From assembly GCA_951406725.2 (NCBI GenBank), contig OX597822.1:49724001-49788000 (forward strand): a stretch of DNA of 64,000 bases. Direction: 5' to 3'. Positions 1 through 12,958 of the stretch are shown in pieces. The translations under genes and the position numbers were made by a program. The stretch is from Octopus vulgaris (Eukaryota). The stretch's first letter is position 1. Every line of letters starts with the position of its first letter. The notes below the pieces were generated by a model. The model had not been told where the DNA came from and did no database searches. It worked only from the letters and a program-made list of their open reading frames with translations.

Positions 1-364
1 CTTGTTTCCAAATACTGTTTATATACATGTAATGTGGCAATTTGCAACAACCAATAATTAACGCAAGCAAACTTCCAATAATATATTTGTTTTATTCTTT
101 TCTGCCCATTTTTTCAAATATTCTCATCACACTGTTGTACTTCTTTATGTCCTTAACATGTCCCTGTTACCAAAACTGTATATATACATGTTATGTGGCA
201 ATTATGTAAAAAACGTTTTTGAATTCATAATATTCTATGTTACTTTTGAAAATCTTTTTCCAAAGAGTGAAACCGGTTAAGTAAATAAACATCTTTTAAA
301 TTGCATTTTCAAACCTTCTTTCGTATATAATTCCACTCGTGCGATACCCCACAACTCAACTTTG

Positions 365-365
<1 letters not shown>

Positions 366-426
<61 letters not shown>

Positions 427-442
427 GCATACATATATATAT
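366..442. repeat. (TA)n microsatellite
   Basis: Direct reading; it merges into the internal microsatellite of the adjacent SINE. Confidence 0.95.
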
Positions 443-665
443 GTATGTGTGTGTGTATGTTTGTCTGTGTCTGTCCCCCCAACATCGCTTGACAACCGAT
501 GCTGGTGTGTTTATGTCACCGTAACTTAGCGGTTCGGCAAAAAAACCGATAGAATAAGTACTAGGCTTCCAAAGAATAAGTCTTGGGGTCGATTTGCTCG
601 ACTAAAGGCGGTGCTCCAGCATGGCCGAAATCAAATGACTGAAACAAGTAAAAAAAAAAGAGAGA
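443..665 (+). mobile_element. 3' half of Octopus-type tRNA-derived CORE-like SINE (family A)
   Basis: GCTTGACAACCGATGCTGGTGTGTTTA...GCGGTTCGGCAAAA...GGCGGTGCTCCAGCATGGCC...CAAATGACTGAAACAAGTAAAA; reverse complement of the 3' half of the 22291-22666 copy. Confidence 0.85.
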
Positions 666-1453
666 AATCGTTTCTTACACGAAGTCGTTGTGCAATTTAT
701 TCGCTCCAAATAGAAAAAAAAAGATAGGACGTTAGAGATTTAGGCAACACAACTAAGAAAAAAGTATGTGTCAATTGAACGTTTTTGAAGAAAGTTTATC
801 TACAAAAGAATTTTACTTGGCATATTAAATATCGTATTAGAAGATGTGGCTGATATATTTATAAATAATTTATATGTGAAACTAACAAATTGCAAATTTA
901 TGTTTGAAATATCACATTTTTGAATACCGAATATGCAATCGTCGAGTTTTCAATACGAGTCACGTTCTTGTATTGTATAAATCTTTAAAATAGTTTACGT
1001 CTCTGTCTCCGAAGCAGAATACATAGTCTTTTATATCATTTTAATTTATTGTTTACTTGTGCGAAAAGGAAAATACGTAGATTTATTTAAGGATATAAAT
1101 ATTATATTTTACCGTAGATTTTTAATATTTTAAAAATAATTCTTTCGCTGGAGAGTTATTGATTTCAGAATCTTTTCATTACATCTTCATAAGCAATCTT
1201 CAGGAGATATTTCTAGACTAAATAGATAATAAAAAACTTTCCTATAATTATTCATTAGGAAACAACAATTTGTGTATAAATATTAAGTAAAAAATATCAT
1301 GTTCCCTATACAGAGCATTTTTTTTTATATTTTAAAACATCAAAACAATATTGCTTACTAAAGTGTTAAACGTCTCCAGAGATACTGACAGCTTATCAAT
1401 TTTCTTTCTAATAGACAGATTCATTCTTCTCTTGCAAGGTTTCAATCTTTCAT

Positions 1454-1456
<3 letters not shown>

Positions 1457-1525
<69 letters not shown>
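1457..1525. repeat. (TA)n microsatellite
   Basis: Direct reading. Confidence 0.95.
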
Positions 1526-1527
<2 letters not shown>

Positions 1528-1599
1528 GAACACGTACGTACATATACATTTACATATATTTATATTATATAATTATGTATGAGCGCGTATATCATATTA

Positions 1600-3785
1600 C
1601 ACTGGTCAACAAACTTTATGCTGACTTCGGTTTTCTGATTGTTTGTAGTTCATTTTGAGATGCTGATTCCAAATATTGCATCCATTGTTTCCTAATAATC
1701 ACGTTTTTCATTCTATAGCATACCAGGATATACATTCTATAGCATACATATGATGTACTGTATAAATAAATTAACTGGTCAGGATAGTTCACTAGGTCTT
1801 ATAGCTTCAAATCATAAGTTATAATATCAATAGAATATGAAATGTAAGATGCCATCACCTTTTACTAAATACCTGATGTTAATTTTCTAATATGATGGAT
1901 AAAAAAGAAACCACTATACACATGCCTTCATATTCACGGAACAGATTTCCGCTTGCAAGAGCGTCTAGAGTCTTTTATGTTTACACAGTCTCTTTGAATA
2001 CTCCAACAGTAGTCTGCCGTCATGTGTATGCTCCATCAGTCTTGATATCTCTCCTCCGTAATCTTGATTGCTTGATGAAAACGTTTACCAAGCTCATCGC
2101 TCATGTCTACGAGACTAGCAGGAAATTCATCGAGATGGTTATTGAGGAAATTAAGCTTTATGCTCATGTTGCAGCCTAAAAGATGAAAGCTATCCACTGA
2201 TGCCTCCACCAAATTCTTGTAGCTTACAGCCTTTTCGCTCCCTAAAAATTCTTTCAAAACAGTGACAAATGAATCCCATGCTCTTTTTTCTATGTCAGAC
2301 ATCGAGCTAGAGAAATTCTTGCATCTTGGTAACTTTCTGATTTGTGGCCCATTAAAATCACCAGCCGTTATTGTATCATAACTTAGGCCATGAAATGTTG
2401 TACATAGGAATTTGAAAGTTACCTTCCACATTAAGAACGTTGAAAATTACTTCATTAGTCCTAGCTTAATATGAAGGGGTGGAATGATGATTTTCTCTCG
2501 CTCAACAAGTAGCTGATGTATGATATTCTTCTTCCCAACAACCAAATTTTTCCTAACTGGCCAGAGTCTCTGTTCCCAATGTTTGTTTCTCCCTTGGCTA
2601 TCCCATTAACACATTAACACAAGAAACACGGATATTTTATATACCCTCCTTGCTGGCCAAGTAAAAAGTTGACCATTTTTAGATCCACACATATGACTCA
2701 TTTCTGCTCATCATAATTAAGTAAATTTAATACAACTTTTCTGTGATCATAATCCTCTTTTAAGTGTACAGAGTGACCAATAGGAAGCGCATCAAACAAG
2801 TTTCCATTCTAGAGCAATACACATTTTAGACTCTTCATTGTACTATCTATGAAGAGCCTCCATTCACTAGGATTATACTGTTCAACAACCATCAGGTTTA
2901 ACAGTCTCGCCACGTCACAACAGTAAACAAAATCTTTTCCAATTGTAAAGAATGCCAAGAGACGTTTTCCTTGTTCCGATAAGAGTCACGTTTGTTTCTT
3001 TCTGCAAAAAATTCTTCTCTTTCCGCCTAGTCTGCCGTCATGTGTATGTTCCATCAGCACGATAACTCTTTTGACAGTCCTAGGTCTCTCACTAAATCAT
3101 TAAGTTCTGCCTGGTTGAAGTTTTCACGTTCTTTGGTTGATGTTTCTACAAAGTCTAATCACTGTCAAGTTCATGATTTACCTCTGCTTCACATATATCG
3201 CGTTCACCTTACAGTGAAATTAGATCTTTGAAATCGGGTACTGGTATTACATCGGAGTGAAGCACTGGATGAATTGTCGATTCCAGATTTGGATAACTTA
3301 TTTTCTAACACGTTCTCTTGCTGTAACCAGAAGTCTTTGTAAGACAAAAGTAGCAATCGCATATATGGTTCTTTCGCTCCCACCATATCATAGGAATGCC
3401 AAATGCTTGTTGTTTCCTTGTGGTATTTGTACATTAGCGTAGATTATTGACGTAGGGCTTACATATATTATGCGGGCTCACAATTCACCCTGATCACCAA
3501 TTTTAAGTAAGTCAAATAGGATGTTTTCACAATATCACTAACGTTCATTGTTTGACTTGGTGCTGTAAAACACCCACAAACATAACAAAAAGAGTCAGAG
3601 AAATTCAAACATTTCAAACATGGAACTACGGGTGGGGCCAATATGGGCCAGCCCATACCGAGGGAGCTAGAGGTGATAGAAAAATAAAACTATTACCATT
3701 TTAAAACTCAGTGACCACAAATTACCCCAAAACAGGTCTCAAATTTAGGCCAGCAGAAAAAAACGTTAGAATTTGTTGGCCAGTG
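1600..3785 (-). mobile_element. Full-length decayed Chapaev3-like (CMC superfamily) DNA transposon
   Basis: Termini CACTGGTCAACAAA (1600) and TTTGTTGGCCAGTG (to 3785) are inverted repeats. TTA flanks both sides (1597-1599, 3786-3788), matching the CAC..GTG ends and 3-bp TWA duplication of Chapaev3. Transposase remnants lie inside. Confidence 0.85.
1960..3625 (-). pseudogene. Disrupted Chapaev3-type transposase
   Basis: N-terminal CLNFSDSFCYVCG zinc finger (ORF 3468-3656), PLHIKLG (~2480-2460), FNGPQIR..AW..F..FLG..LGCNMSIK..HLD.FP..SDE.G.RFHQ.IK..E.RYQ (ORF 2036-2431) and MTADYCW. Multiple stops and frameshifts. Confidence 0.85.
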
Positions 3786-3814
3786 TTATGTATGAATATA
3801 TGTACACCAATGCA

Positions 3815-3870
3815 TGTATGTATGTATGTATGTATGTATGTATGTATGTATGTATGTATGTATATGTATA
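3815..3870. repeat. (ATGT)n microsatellite
   Basis: Direct reading. Confidence 0.9.
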
Positions 3871-3873
3871 TTA

Positions 3874-4428
3874 TGTCAGGTCATTTTCGAGTGCCACTGG
3901 TAACACGTAACCCAGTACAATCTGTTGCATGGTCGGGTCGTCAGCGACGAAACCGGCAACCCCACCAAGCGTCCTTGGTGAGGAGGGTGTTTATTGGATA
4001 CCCTGCCGGATGAAAAACAAAACCCGCCAAAGGGCGGAGGGACTCTTGAAAGTCAACGGCCATCCAATAAGTGTCTTGAGGCTGTATTATGCGAGGGACA
4101 TAGAAATAATCGGACTGAATACTCGATTGCGCGGTTAAACCATTGGGAGTGAAGGACTCCTATCCTTTGTTAGGGCATCCTTCTAGGAGAAGGTAACTCA
4201 GGTAACTGGGATAACTCCGATATAAAACCTGCGGCTCTGTTGTTACCGATGATGCTGACTTGTTCTTCTTTTCGGATTATGACTGCTGTTGCTTAGTGAG
4301 TGGGTTTGACTCAGTGCGCGGCCTCTCCTCACTTTAAAAAAATCTTCTTGCACAGGCATTGCACGATAACAACATTAATTAAGCTTCGTGCTATGGGCAT
4401 ACTCGATAACGTGGGGACAGCCACCATA
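3874..4428 (+). mobile_element. GC-rich non-coding retroelement, probably a non-autonomous RTE-related copy
   Basis: Sharp GC-rich block between (ATGT)n and (TA)n. AGGGCATCCTTCTAGGAGAAGGTAACTC resembles recalled RTE 5' UTR motifs; several hairpins; no long ORF. Confidence 0.45.
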
Positions 4429-4490
<62 letters not shown>

Positions 4491-4619
4491 TATATACATA
4501 TATATAATATATATATATATATAAATATCTATCAATCTATCTATCTATCTATCTATATATATTTGTGTATATTTAAGTTTCTTCGAGTCGTTATCTTACG
4601 TTACAGCGTCGATGATTTT

Positions 4620-5300
4620 GACTTGACAAGAATTGTACTAATATCTCCACTTTCCTTATGTTTCTGATGTAACAGGAATATTTATAATATACAGTAAAGA
4701 CATCATGCAGCTAAGGATCAGAATTATCTCTAACTGCATTTCTTATTCAACTGATTTTTACTAATTAATTTCTGGGACTGTCCCCAAATACCTTATCCTG
4801 ACAAGGATTCATCATCTAGTTAATGACTTTTCTCATTGCTAATAAATTTAATCAAATTTTATTGACTTATATTACATTCCTGCTTGTTCGATTTCTAGCA
4901 TTAAATTTACGTTAGCATGTGTTCCTGAATAATCTCCCGCAAGCATTCCTGTAAGTTATCACACCATTCTATGTTCATTTACCATCCATATTCTACATTC
5001 GTCTATAGTGATCTAATAATAGTAATATCCGTGTAACTATGCATTGATCATGTGGTCCAAGAAAGCTAAATCATTTCAAACCATTGTACTGCTGATGATC
5101 AACCATCAATGATATTGCATTCGTGGTTTAATTTAAATCATTTGAAATTTCGGGCTTGTTTCTCCCCTGTCAGATTATTACAAGTAGTGTTCAAATAATG
5201 AATGCCCTTGTCACTAATGGTAAATTCATTAAGTTCATTAAAATTATAATTCTCTGAAACTTCTTGACTTAATGCGTCAAGGATTCCATCGCCCACATTA
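4620..5300 (-). mobile_element. Highly decayed non-LTR RT remnant (RTE-like?)
   Basis: Minus-strand traces only: GILDALSQ (~5290), IRYLGT (~4790) and a degraded motif-B-like stretch. Confidence 0.25.
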
Positions 5301-5489
5301 CAGCATAGTTTTAATAGAATAGTGAATTACGCAATTGGGAACACAAATACATATAAAGATGTCAGGATATTTGAGCTGATGTGATGCATATTAACATATA
5401 TACTTGTGTATATAGAAATAAATATAAATATATGTATGTATCTATCTATTTGTCTATCTCTCTTTATGTCTGTATGCCTGCCTGTCTGC

Positions 5490-5490
<1 letters not shown>

Positions 5491-5563
<73 letters not shown>

Positions 5564-5580
5564 GTCCATCTATCTATCTA
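5491..5580. repeat. (TATC)n microsatellite
   Basis: Direct reading. Confidence 0.95.
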
Positions 5581-6414
5581 TATACATATACATATGCAGG
5601 CACACACACATACACACACATATGTATATAAAATATGAGAGAAAGAGAAAGAAAATGGAATTCGCGAGATTTTTTATTTATCACTACGATCGTTTTTATC
5701 CGTCGTACCTCGGTCTCTCACGGGTAAGATTCTGTTAAAATTTTTGTGGTGCATCATTCGGTGTAGTTGTGCCACGTTGGGTGCTGTGTCAAATCTGCGT
5801 CTTGGTTATTTAGATTAGAATATATATTGTGGTATTTGTTCGTAGCTACTCGCATAAAGAGAAAACATGAGTTAGAATGCGATAAAAGGAAGAACAGTTC
5901 TCTTATAGGTTATGCACCTAGTACAAAGAAGCGTAAATAAAATAAGTGTACAATGTTTTGCACCGATACAGGGATACGTTATATAAAGATCATAAAATGA
6001 TAAAACAAGCCTGTTTTTTTGTCTGATACACAGCTGTTTTATAATTTTATTACTTTATTTAATGTATTTCTTTATCAGTGTAAAGCATAGTACTTGATTT
6101 GCGTGTTCATTGTCTACTTATTTATGGCCCTTTGTAAGTATGATTACAACCTGTAACAGAACTGTTCTTCATTCTAACTCATTCCAAGTCATGCTTTTTC
6201 TTTTTTGACACCAGCTAGAGGCAAATATCACAATGTATTTTAATCGAAATAAGCGAAACAAGTTAAAGAAACAAGTACCATTTGACAAGTCACCTGGTTT
6301 CTATTGTCCCTAAACTATTGTTAGTTCCGTCCTCCACTTCGCCATACTCTTTCCAAGCAATTGCTCAACATTCGATGGAAAACCAAATATCATTATTATT
6401 ACTATTATTGGCAT

Positions 6415-6415
6415 A

Positions 6416-6469
<54 letters not shown>

Positions 6470-6552
6470 GTTGTTGTTATTAATATTATTAAAATGATAT
6501 GGATAATGGCTATAATGATTATAGCAATTAATTATTGCCATTGTTATTATTA

Positions 6553-6642
<90 letters not shown>
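6415..6642. repeat. (TAT)n trinucleotide tracts
   Basis: Two tracts, ~6415-6470 and ~6545-6642. Confidence 0.9.
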
Positions 6643-6644
<2 letters not shown>

Positions 6645-6689
6645 TTACTACTAAATTTAACATTTTTACTAAATTGAAGTTTATCATTA

Positions 6690-7112
6690 ATATATTTAAT
6701 TTTACCCTAATACCGAGCTTTTTCTGATGCGGCATTCTAGAAATCAGCATGCTTCCTAAAAATCTCCTTATTAGGTGATAACGTGATATTCGTTTTTCAA
6801 TATTTCTCATTAAGATATTTTTAATTGCAGTAGGATGATTGCTTTATAATTAATGTATCTTAACCTTGCATGTGGTTTATGAAATGGTTCATGTTTTCCA
6901 GTTACAAGATTAAACTTGACATCCAAAAAATTAACAGAACAATTATCTTTTTCAACGGAAATAGCTAAAACATTTATCTTTAAAAAATCTTTGCAGATTT
7001 TTCTTGCATAAGTCCAGTTTTCCTGGCGTAGTATTTTTGATAGCAAGAAGGGCATCGTCTCGATAAATACATCCAATAAGTTCAGGGAATTCACTATTAA
7101 GGTGGGATAGCA
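6690..7112 (-). mobile_element. Penelope-like element RT/thumb fragment (inverted segment)
   Basis: GCIYRDDALL, SVNFLDVKFNL, PFHKP..YIN, SNHP..IKN, KRIS..S.NKEIF across shifting frames; typical Penelope RT motifs. Confidence 0.8.
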
Positions 7113-7500
7113 GATGAATTGTATTGTTGGATGCCAACTTAAGTATCTTTGTAATGAAGATAATATTGTATGTAACTGTGAGATTGATGGACTTAATAAT
7201 AATAAATATATGTGCATTGGAGCGACATCTAATAAATTTAAAACTCAATTCTTTAACCACTTAAATAGCTTTAAAGATAGAAAAACCATTAACCCAATTT
7301 GACTGAGTAAATGCATACGGGGGCTTAAAGATAACAAAATAGATTTTAAACTGGACTAGAATATTATAATGTTGCAAATAAAACAACAGGTGAGTTATGC
7401 ACTGAAGAGTCATATCATATATTTATTTCCCATAAATTACTTTTGAACATATATGCCTGTACGCATACAAATAAATTTCTTTTTGCGAAATATAAGTAGA
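7113..7500 (+). mobile_element. Penelope-like GIY-YIG endonuclease fragment
   Basis: C..C..NIVC.CEI....YMCIGATSNKFKTQF.NH.NSF...LSK.I..LKD...F.L, followed by ELCTEE; matches the Penelope endonuclease pattern. Confidence 0.75.
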
Positions 7501-7832
7501 TTTGTAATATTTCATTAGTATTAATAAATAATAAATTTGACTGATTTTCCAATTTGTGGGATATATTAACTTATTTAAAATATTTTGATTATATTTACCT
7601 TCATTTTATAATCAATTATTCTAATATATGGTAATATGAGTGAGTGAAAAATACATATATATATATATATATACATAAATATTTTCCACAACTCAATATG
7701 AACAGATAACATAATACAGAACACTACTAACCTTTCAATTAATACTACTAACTCCCATATATCCCATACACCATTCACATTACAGATCTATATCTAACCT
7801 AATTGCGCCAGATCCAGAACTACTTACCTCCC

Positions 7833-8480
7833 TTACCTCTTTTTACTAGAGGCTGAGATGTTGTTTCTATTCATATAATTATTATCAATAACTATGTTGG
7901 TGCTTTTTCTACCTATAGTTTTATTTATATTTTGGTTAATATATTTAATGTTTTCCTTACATGCAGTCTTATGTTGTACAATGTTATATATTTCTTTGTT
8001 TTCTTTGAATACACCTTCACTGTAAGTGTGCAAATTAATTCCTGTTACAATATTTTTAACGAGACAATTTGTGATTGCTATATTTGTTGATGTATATGAC
8101 TTCTGAGTTAGGCTTTGTGTAAGGTGTATATTGACTTGAGAGAACGTTAAAACTAACATCTAAAAAATTAACAGAGTTGTGTTCTGTCTATAGAAATTTT
8201 AAGACCGAAACGTTTGAAGAATTTGTGAAGTTGTTTTTTATATAGTTCTAGTTTCTATTAGAAAGCTTTTTGGTAATGTACAAGCGTCGTCCCTGTATAG
8301 GCCGCCTAACTTTAACCTGCTAACACTATACACTTTCCTCAAAAGATATAATGATCACCAAAATTGCGTTAGCTCTTTTTGAACCCTGAAGAAGTCCTAC
8401 CAAAAATATAGTGTGAATGTGGTAACTTCCTTGGCATTAAATAACATGCTTGGAGATTCCCATCAACAAAAAGGTTCGAC
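7833..8480 (-). mobile_element. Second, divergent Penelope-like RT fragment
   Basis: Minus strand GGLYRDDA (8306-8283), KFFKRFGLKISI, SVNFLDVSFN (~8175-8145), then a YIN..SNH-like segment. Confidence 0.7.
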
Positions 8481-8483
8481 AGA

Positions 8484-8551
<68 letters not shown>

Positions 8552-8840
8552 ATAAGTTTTTTCTTATGTTTTTCGTAACTTTTTATGGGCTTTTAACTTC
8601 CGATCATTTATTTGTAATGTTTTTTTTCAAAATCAAACACCATCTTTCTACAACATGCAAATAAATCAGTAATTACATCCATTTATTTGCCATCTTCTTC
8701 TTTTTACATCAAAATTTAAAAAAAAAACTTTCAGTAATCCTAAACATATACCAATGATTTTACTATCATATGATACGGATTAAAGTAGTGAAATGACTTG
8801 GATTATATAATCCTTAATGAGGACTTAACGCCCTCGAATT

Positions 8841-8878
<38 letters not shown>

Positions 8879-9024
8879 ACGTACATACACACACATACAC
8901 ACACACACACACATACACATATATATATATATGTATATGTAGGGAGAGAGAGAGAGAGAGAATGAGAGCGATAAATATATAATAACTAGATCGATCGATC
9001 GATAGATAGATATTATTTGCTACT

Positions 9025-9490
9025 CTTTTATTCTTTTATTATTTTACTCGTTTTATTTTGGTCAATGTGGCAATGATTATGAACCACCCTAAAGGGCTGT
9101 AGGTGAACGAATCGATTGCAGCACTTGTTTTTTTTCTAAAACCTGTACTTATTCTGGCGGTCTCTTTACCGAACTGATAATCATGTAAACAAATCAACTC
9201 TAGTTGTCAAGCAACAGTGGAGGACAACCAAAAACACAAAGATATATAAAGACACACAGAAACACACACACACATACATACAAACACACACAAACATACC
9301 CAAACGCGCGGACACACATACACACATGTAATATATGACGGCTTCTCTCTGTTTCCGTGTACCAAATTCACTTACAAGGCTTTGATCTCACCGCGTTATA
9401 GTAGAAGATAATTACCTAAGGTTACATGCAGGGAAACTGAAGCTACATCCTTGTTGTCGGGGAAATAAACTACTTACAACAGAGGTGCGT
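9025..9490 (-). mobile_element. Degenerate family A SINE
   Basis: Colinear with 22291-22666 (GGTCTCTTTACCGAAC, GTTGTCAAGC, internal (CA)n, GTTTCCGT..ACCAAATTCAC, AGTAGAAGA). Confidence 0.7.
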
Positions 9491-10740
9491 GCAAGATCTA
9501 TTAGCTTCCTGGGAGTTACTCAACGTCAGTGTAATGTTTCTTATAATAATACATGTGTAAATAACGAAGGTGATTTCGTAACTTCTGTTTCGTCATTGAA
9601 ATAATTAATATTACTCCTCATACTCATCTGACGCTTTAGTCTAAACCCTAAGAGCATTCCGTTCTAACCACTGCTAATTAATATCTCAAAGCCTAAGAGA
9701 AATCCTGACATGTGCAGGAAAGTCCTATTATTGTATTACCTAACTAAATAATCGTACTTTCATTATCGATATAACTAATTCTCTCAGTATCCTTTTGACA
9801 CTATGAATTAATTCTCTCAGTATTCTGTGTTTATTCATTTCACCTGTAGCCTTTATTTTCTCTCTTTGTCTCTTGTTTACATTTTCATTTCATACACAGC
9901 AATTTGTTAGTTATTCTTTTATTATTTATTCATCAGAATTTTAATTTCGATATTGTTACAGCATTTCTCCCATATCGATGGTGTTCAAAGTATGTAAGTG
10001 ACTAGATTAATGAGAAGTGTGAAGATGTTGACTAGATTAGTAAAATGTTTTATTGTAAAATAAGAAATATATATTTTCTAGTGATTGATGTGTTTCGAAA
10101 TGAACATTTATTGTGTTATTATTGAGAATAACAATGTTTATTGCAATTAAAAAAAACAACTTTGTTGTTGTACTTTGTGGATTATGATTCAAAAATTAAT
10201 GAGAAATCGTTGATGTTATTTTGACGGTATTTCTCAAACAGAGTTTACTGATTTAATGAGAAATAACATAGAATCAGTAACCTGATTTATAACAACACTT
10301 CTGCAATTAAATTTGAGTCGGAGTAAAAAGTCATTAGAATTTTTTGAAGCCAAAAGAATAAATAAATAATTAAAAGCAAAAGCTAAGCTTTCTAAAGTTC
10401 ACTGAACTTGAATAAGTATAGAAATATATGTGTGTAACCAAATGTGTGTACTTTTACTACAGTATGTATACTTGAGGAGTTTCAAACATATCCTCACTGG
10501 TATTGAGTTGCAGACGAAGATCTTCACGTCTTGCTAACGAATGGAAAGAGTCCTTTAAAAGAAGCACTTACGGCCGTAATGGAAATTAAGAGCGAAAGCA
10601 AAAAACAAAAGGCAAGATCTAACAAAGGAATACAACGTTAATGTATTTTGCTATGAATGGAAAAAATATATCTAAGTTTCGGTCACCGCGCTTGTCAAAC
10701 TGGATAGACGGGGAGAATATATATATATGTATATATAAAT

Positions 10741-10903
10741 ATACGACGGGCTTTCAGTTTCCGTCCACCAAATTCGCTCACAAGGCTTTGGTCGGCTCGA
10801 GGCTATAGAAGATGACACACGTCCTAGGTGCCACGCAGTGGGACTGCACCCGGAAACATGCGGTTTGTAAGTAACCTACTTACCACACATCCACTCCTGC
10901 GCC
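10741..10903 (-). mobile_element. 5' half of family A SINE (tRNA head and CORE)
   Basis: Minus strand GGCGCAGGAGTGGATGTGTGGTAAG..CGGGTGCAGTCCC..GGCACCTAGG..; stops at the internal microsatellite. Confidence 0.85.
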
Positions 10904-10904
10904 A

Positions 10905-11083
10905 ATATATATATATATATATATGTATATTTATATATGTATATATGTATGTATATATATATGTATACATATATATATATATATGAAATAATGGAGTTGA
11001 ACGACTAGTTAACAAATACTTATATATATATATGTAAGTATATATATATATATGTATATATATTTATATATGTATATATGTAG

Positions 11084-11177
<94 letters not shown>
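10905..11177. repeat. (TA)n-rich compound microsatellite
   Basis: Direct reading. Confidence 0.9.
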
Positions 11178-11179
<2 letters not shown>

Positions 11180-11823
11180 AATTATACAATGTGTGCATGC
11201 AAGAATATAAAAGTGCTCTACTAGCTTGGATTGTAACTTTAAGACTTCCAGGAGTGATATCATACCTGAAGCCAGGCCTCAGAAGAGTTGCATCGGGAAA
11301 GCCTTCCAAGTTATTAGAAACAACAAAGTTATTCACAATATGTCATAGGATATGCTATTCAGAATAGCAAACACAAAATATTAGTTTCTACGTGTTCAGG
11401 AAGTTTTTAATATCATGCTGGTTTATTGGAAATCTTTTCAATAAAGATATTATCGTATAAATGTAAATTTTCTAGAACTATGGAAAGTAATATTCTAAGC
11501 AAAGCTTGAGACATTATGGAACTGACAAAAAGTCATATTTTGAAATTGATCTTACTTCTTTATATGTTAAGTAATTGCCAATCCTGAATAGCGTGAATAT
11601 TACAAAAGAAAACAAGTGAAACCAATTAAATATCTCTGCTTATTCAATCGAATTGATAGACTCTTATAAAATGTGTAAGTTATCCATATATTATACGTAA
11701 AATCGCAAGAGACAATTATCTTTGGAATTCGTGTTCGAAGTACATGTTCAAAAACATCAGAGCCACTGTCATCGTGACAATGACTATTCCTAACTAACTT
11801 ATAGTTTTATAACATGTAAATGA

Positions 11824-11862
<39 letters not shown>

Positions 11863-12647
11863 TAATGGCAATTATATAGGTGAATCTATTAAAATACTGA
11901 TTTCCGACATCAGCCTGTTATATATAATATAAATGTTAAGACGAAAGTTAAATGTTAACCGGTATCGCACTACTTCATGCTTTGAAAGGTTTTTGAAAAG
12001 GTTTCAAAATTCCAATATCAATTCAGAGAAACTTTTCAATGAAAAATAAATAAAGTGAATGTTACTTTTGGTAATTTCTTTCGTATTATTGCCACCTTTA
12101 TGAAAGAAATATGTGACGGTACAATAACATGATCAAGTTACATTTAATATATAGTTATGTTTAAAATGCTGCGACATGAATATCTTTTAAACAAAGCAAC
12201 TAAACTAGGAATAGTTGTTAGCAATAATAGAAATGTAAGGATAATGCTCATAAGGTATCTGGCATTATAAGTCTCTCATATCAGAGAAACTTATGATAGC
12301 CGATATTTAGCCGAATATTAAACAAAAAAAATTGCATTTAAGTATATTGAATTTAATTTCGAGATGGTGATCAAAATTCTTCTCTCTAAATATTTCGCCT
12401 CTATAACTGAACACTATAGAAATTTACAGTGCTAAGACAATTACAACAACTGGATTCTAAATGGTATTTATTTATATTATAAATAAATTGAAATATTTAT
12501 GATGTGCTACATCTGTATTCAACGCCATCCAACATATAGCAACACCGGTAGTTTTTTCATTGTGTCAAATGTTTCAATTATCTTTGATTCGGTTCCCTAG
12601 TATGATTGTTGAAAATGTAACACTTGGACATATGTCATTATAAGAAA

Positions 12648-12851
12648 CCCTTTCTACTATGGGTAGGAGGCCTGAAATTGAAGGGAAGGGTGCTAGTCGA
12701 TTGCATCAACTCCATTTCTCAACTGGCACTTATTTCATAGATCCCGATGGGATCAAGTGCAAAGTTAACCTCAGCGGCGTTTGACGACAATAATTCCGGA
12801 TGAAATGCCACTAAATATTTTGCCAATTTGGTGACGCCTCTGCCAGCACTT
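12648..12851 (-). mobile_element. Meta-domain SINE (family B), degenerate
   Basis: Reverse complement matches 29255-29482 (CTGGCACTTATTT..GATCCCGA..GCAAAGTTAACCTC). Confidence 0.7.
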
Positions 12852-12856
12852 AGAGC

Positions 12857-12868
12857 TACTACTACTAT

Positions 12869-12935
<67 letters not shown>

Positions 12936-12958
12936 GCTGCTACTACTACTACTACTAC
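12857..12958. repeat. (TAC)n microsatellite
   Basis: Direct reading. Confidence 0.95.

Noticed and set aside
3936-3960. GTCG-TCAG-CGAC-GAAACCGG as a hammerhead
   Set aside because: No CUGANGA core upstream and no UH triplet; better explained as part of a longer hairpin.
8381-8486. GAACC-CTGAAGA..GGTTC as a hammerhead
   Set aside because: No GAAA or stem III at the right place; the region reads as antisense Penelope RT coding sequence.
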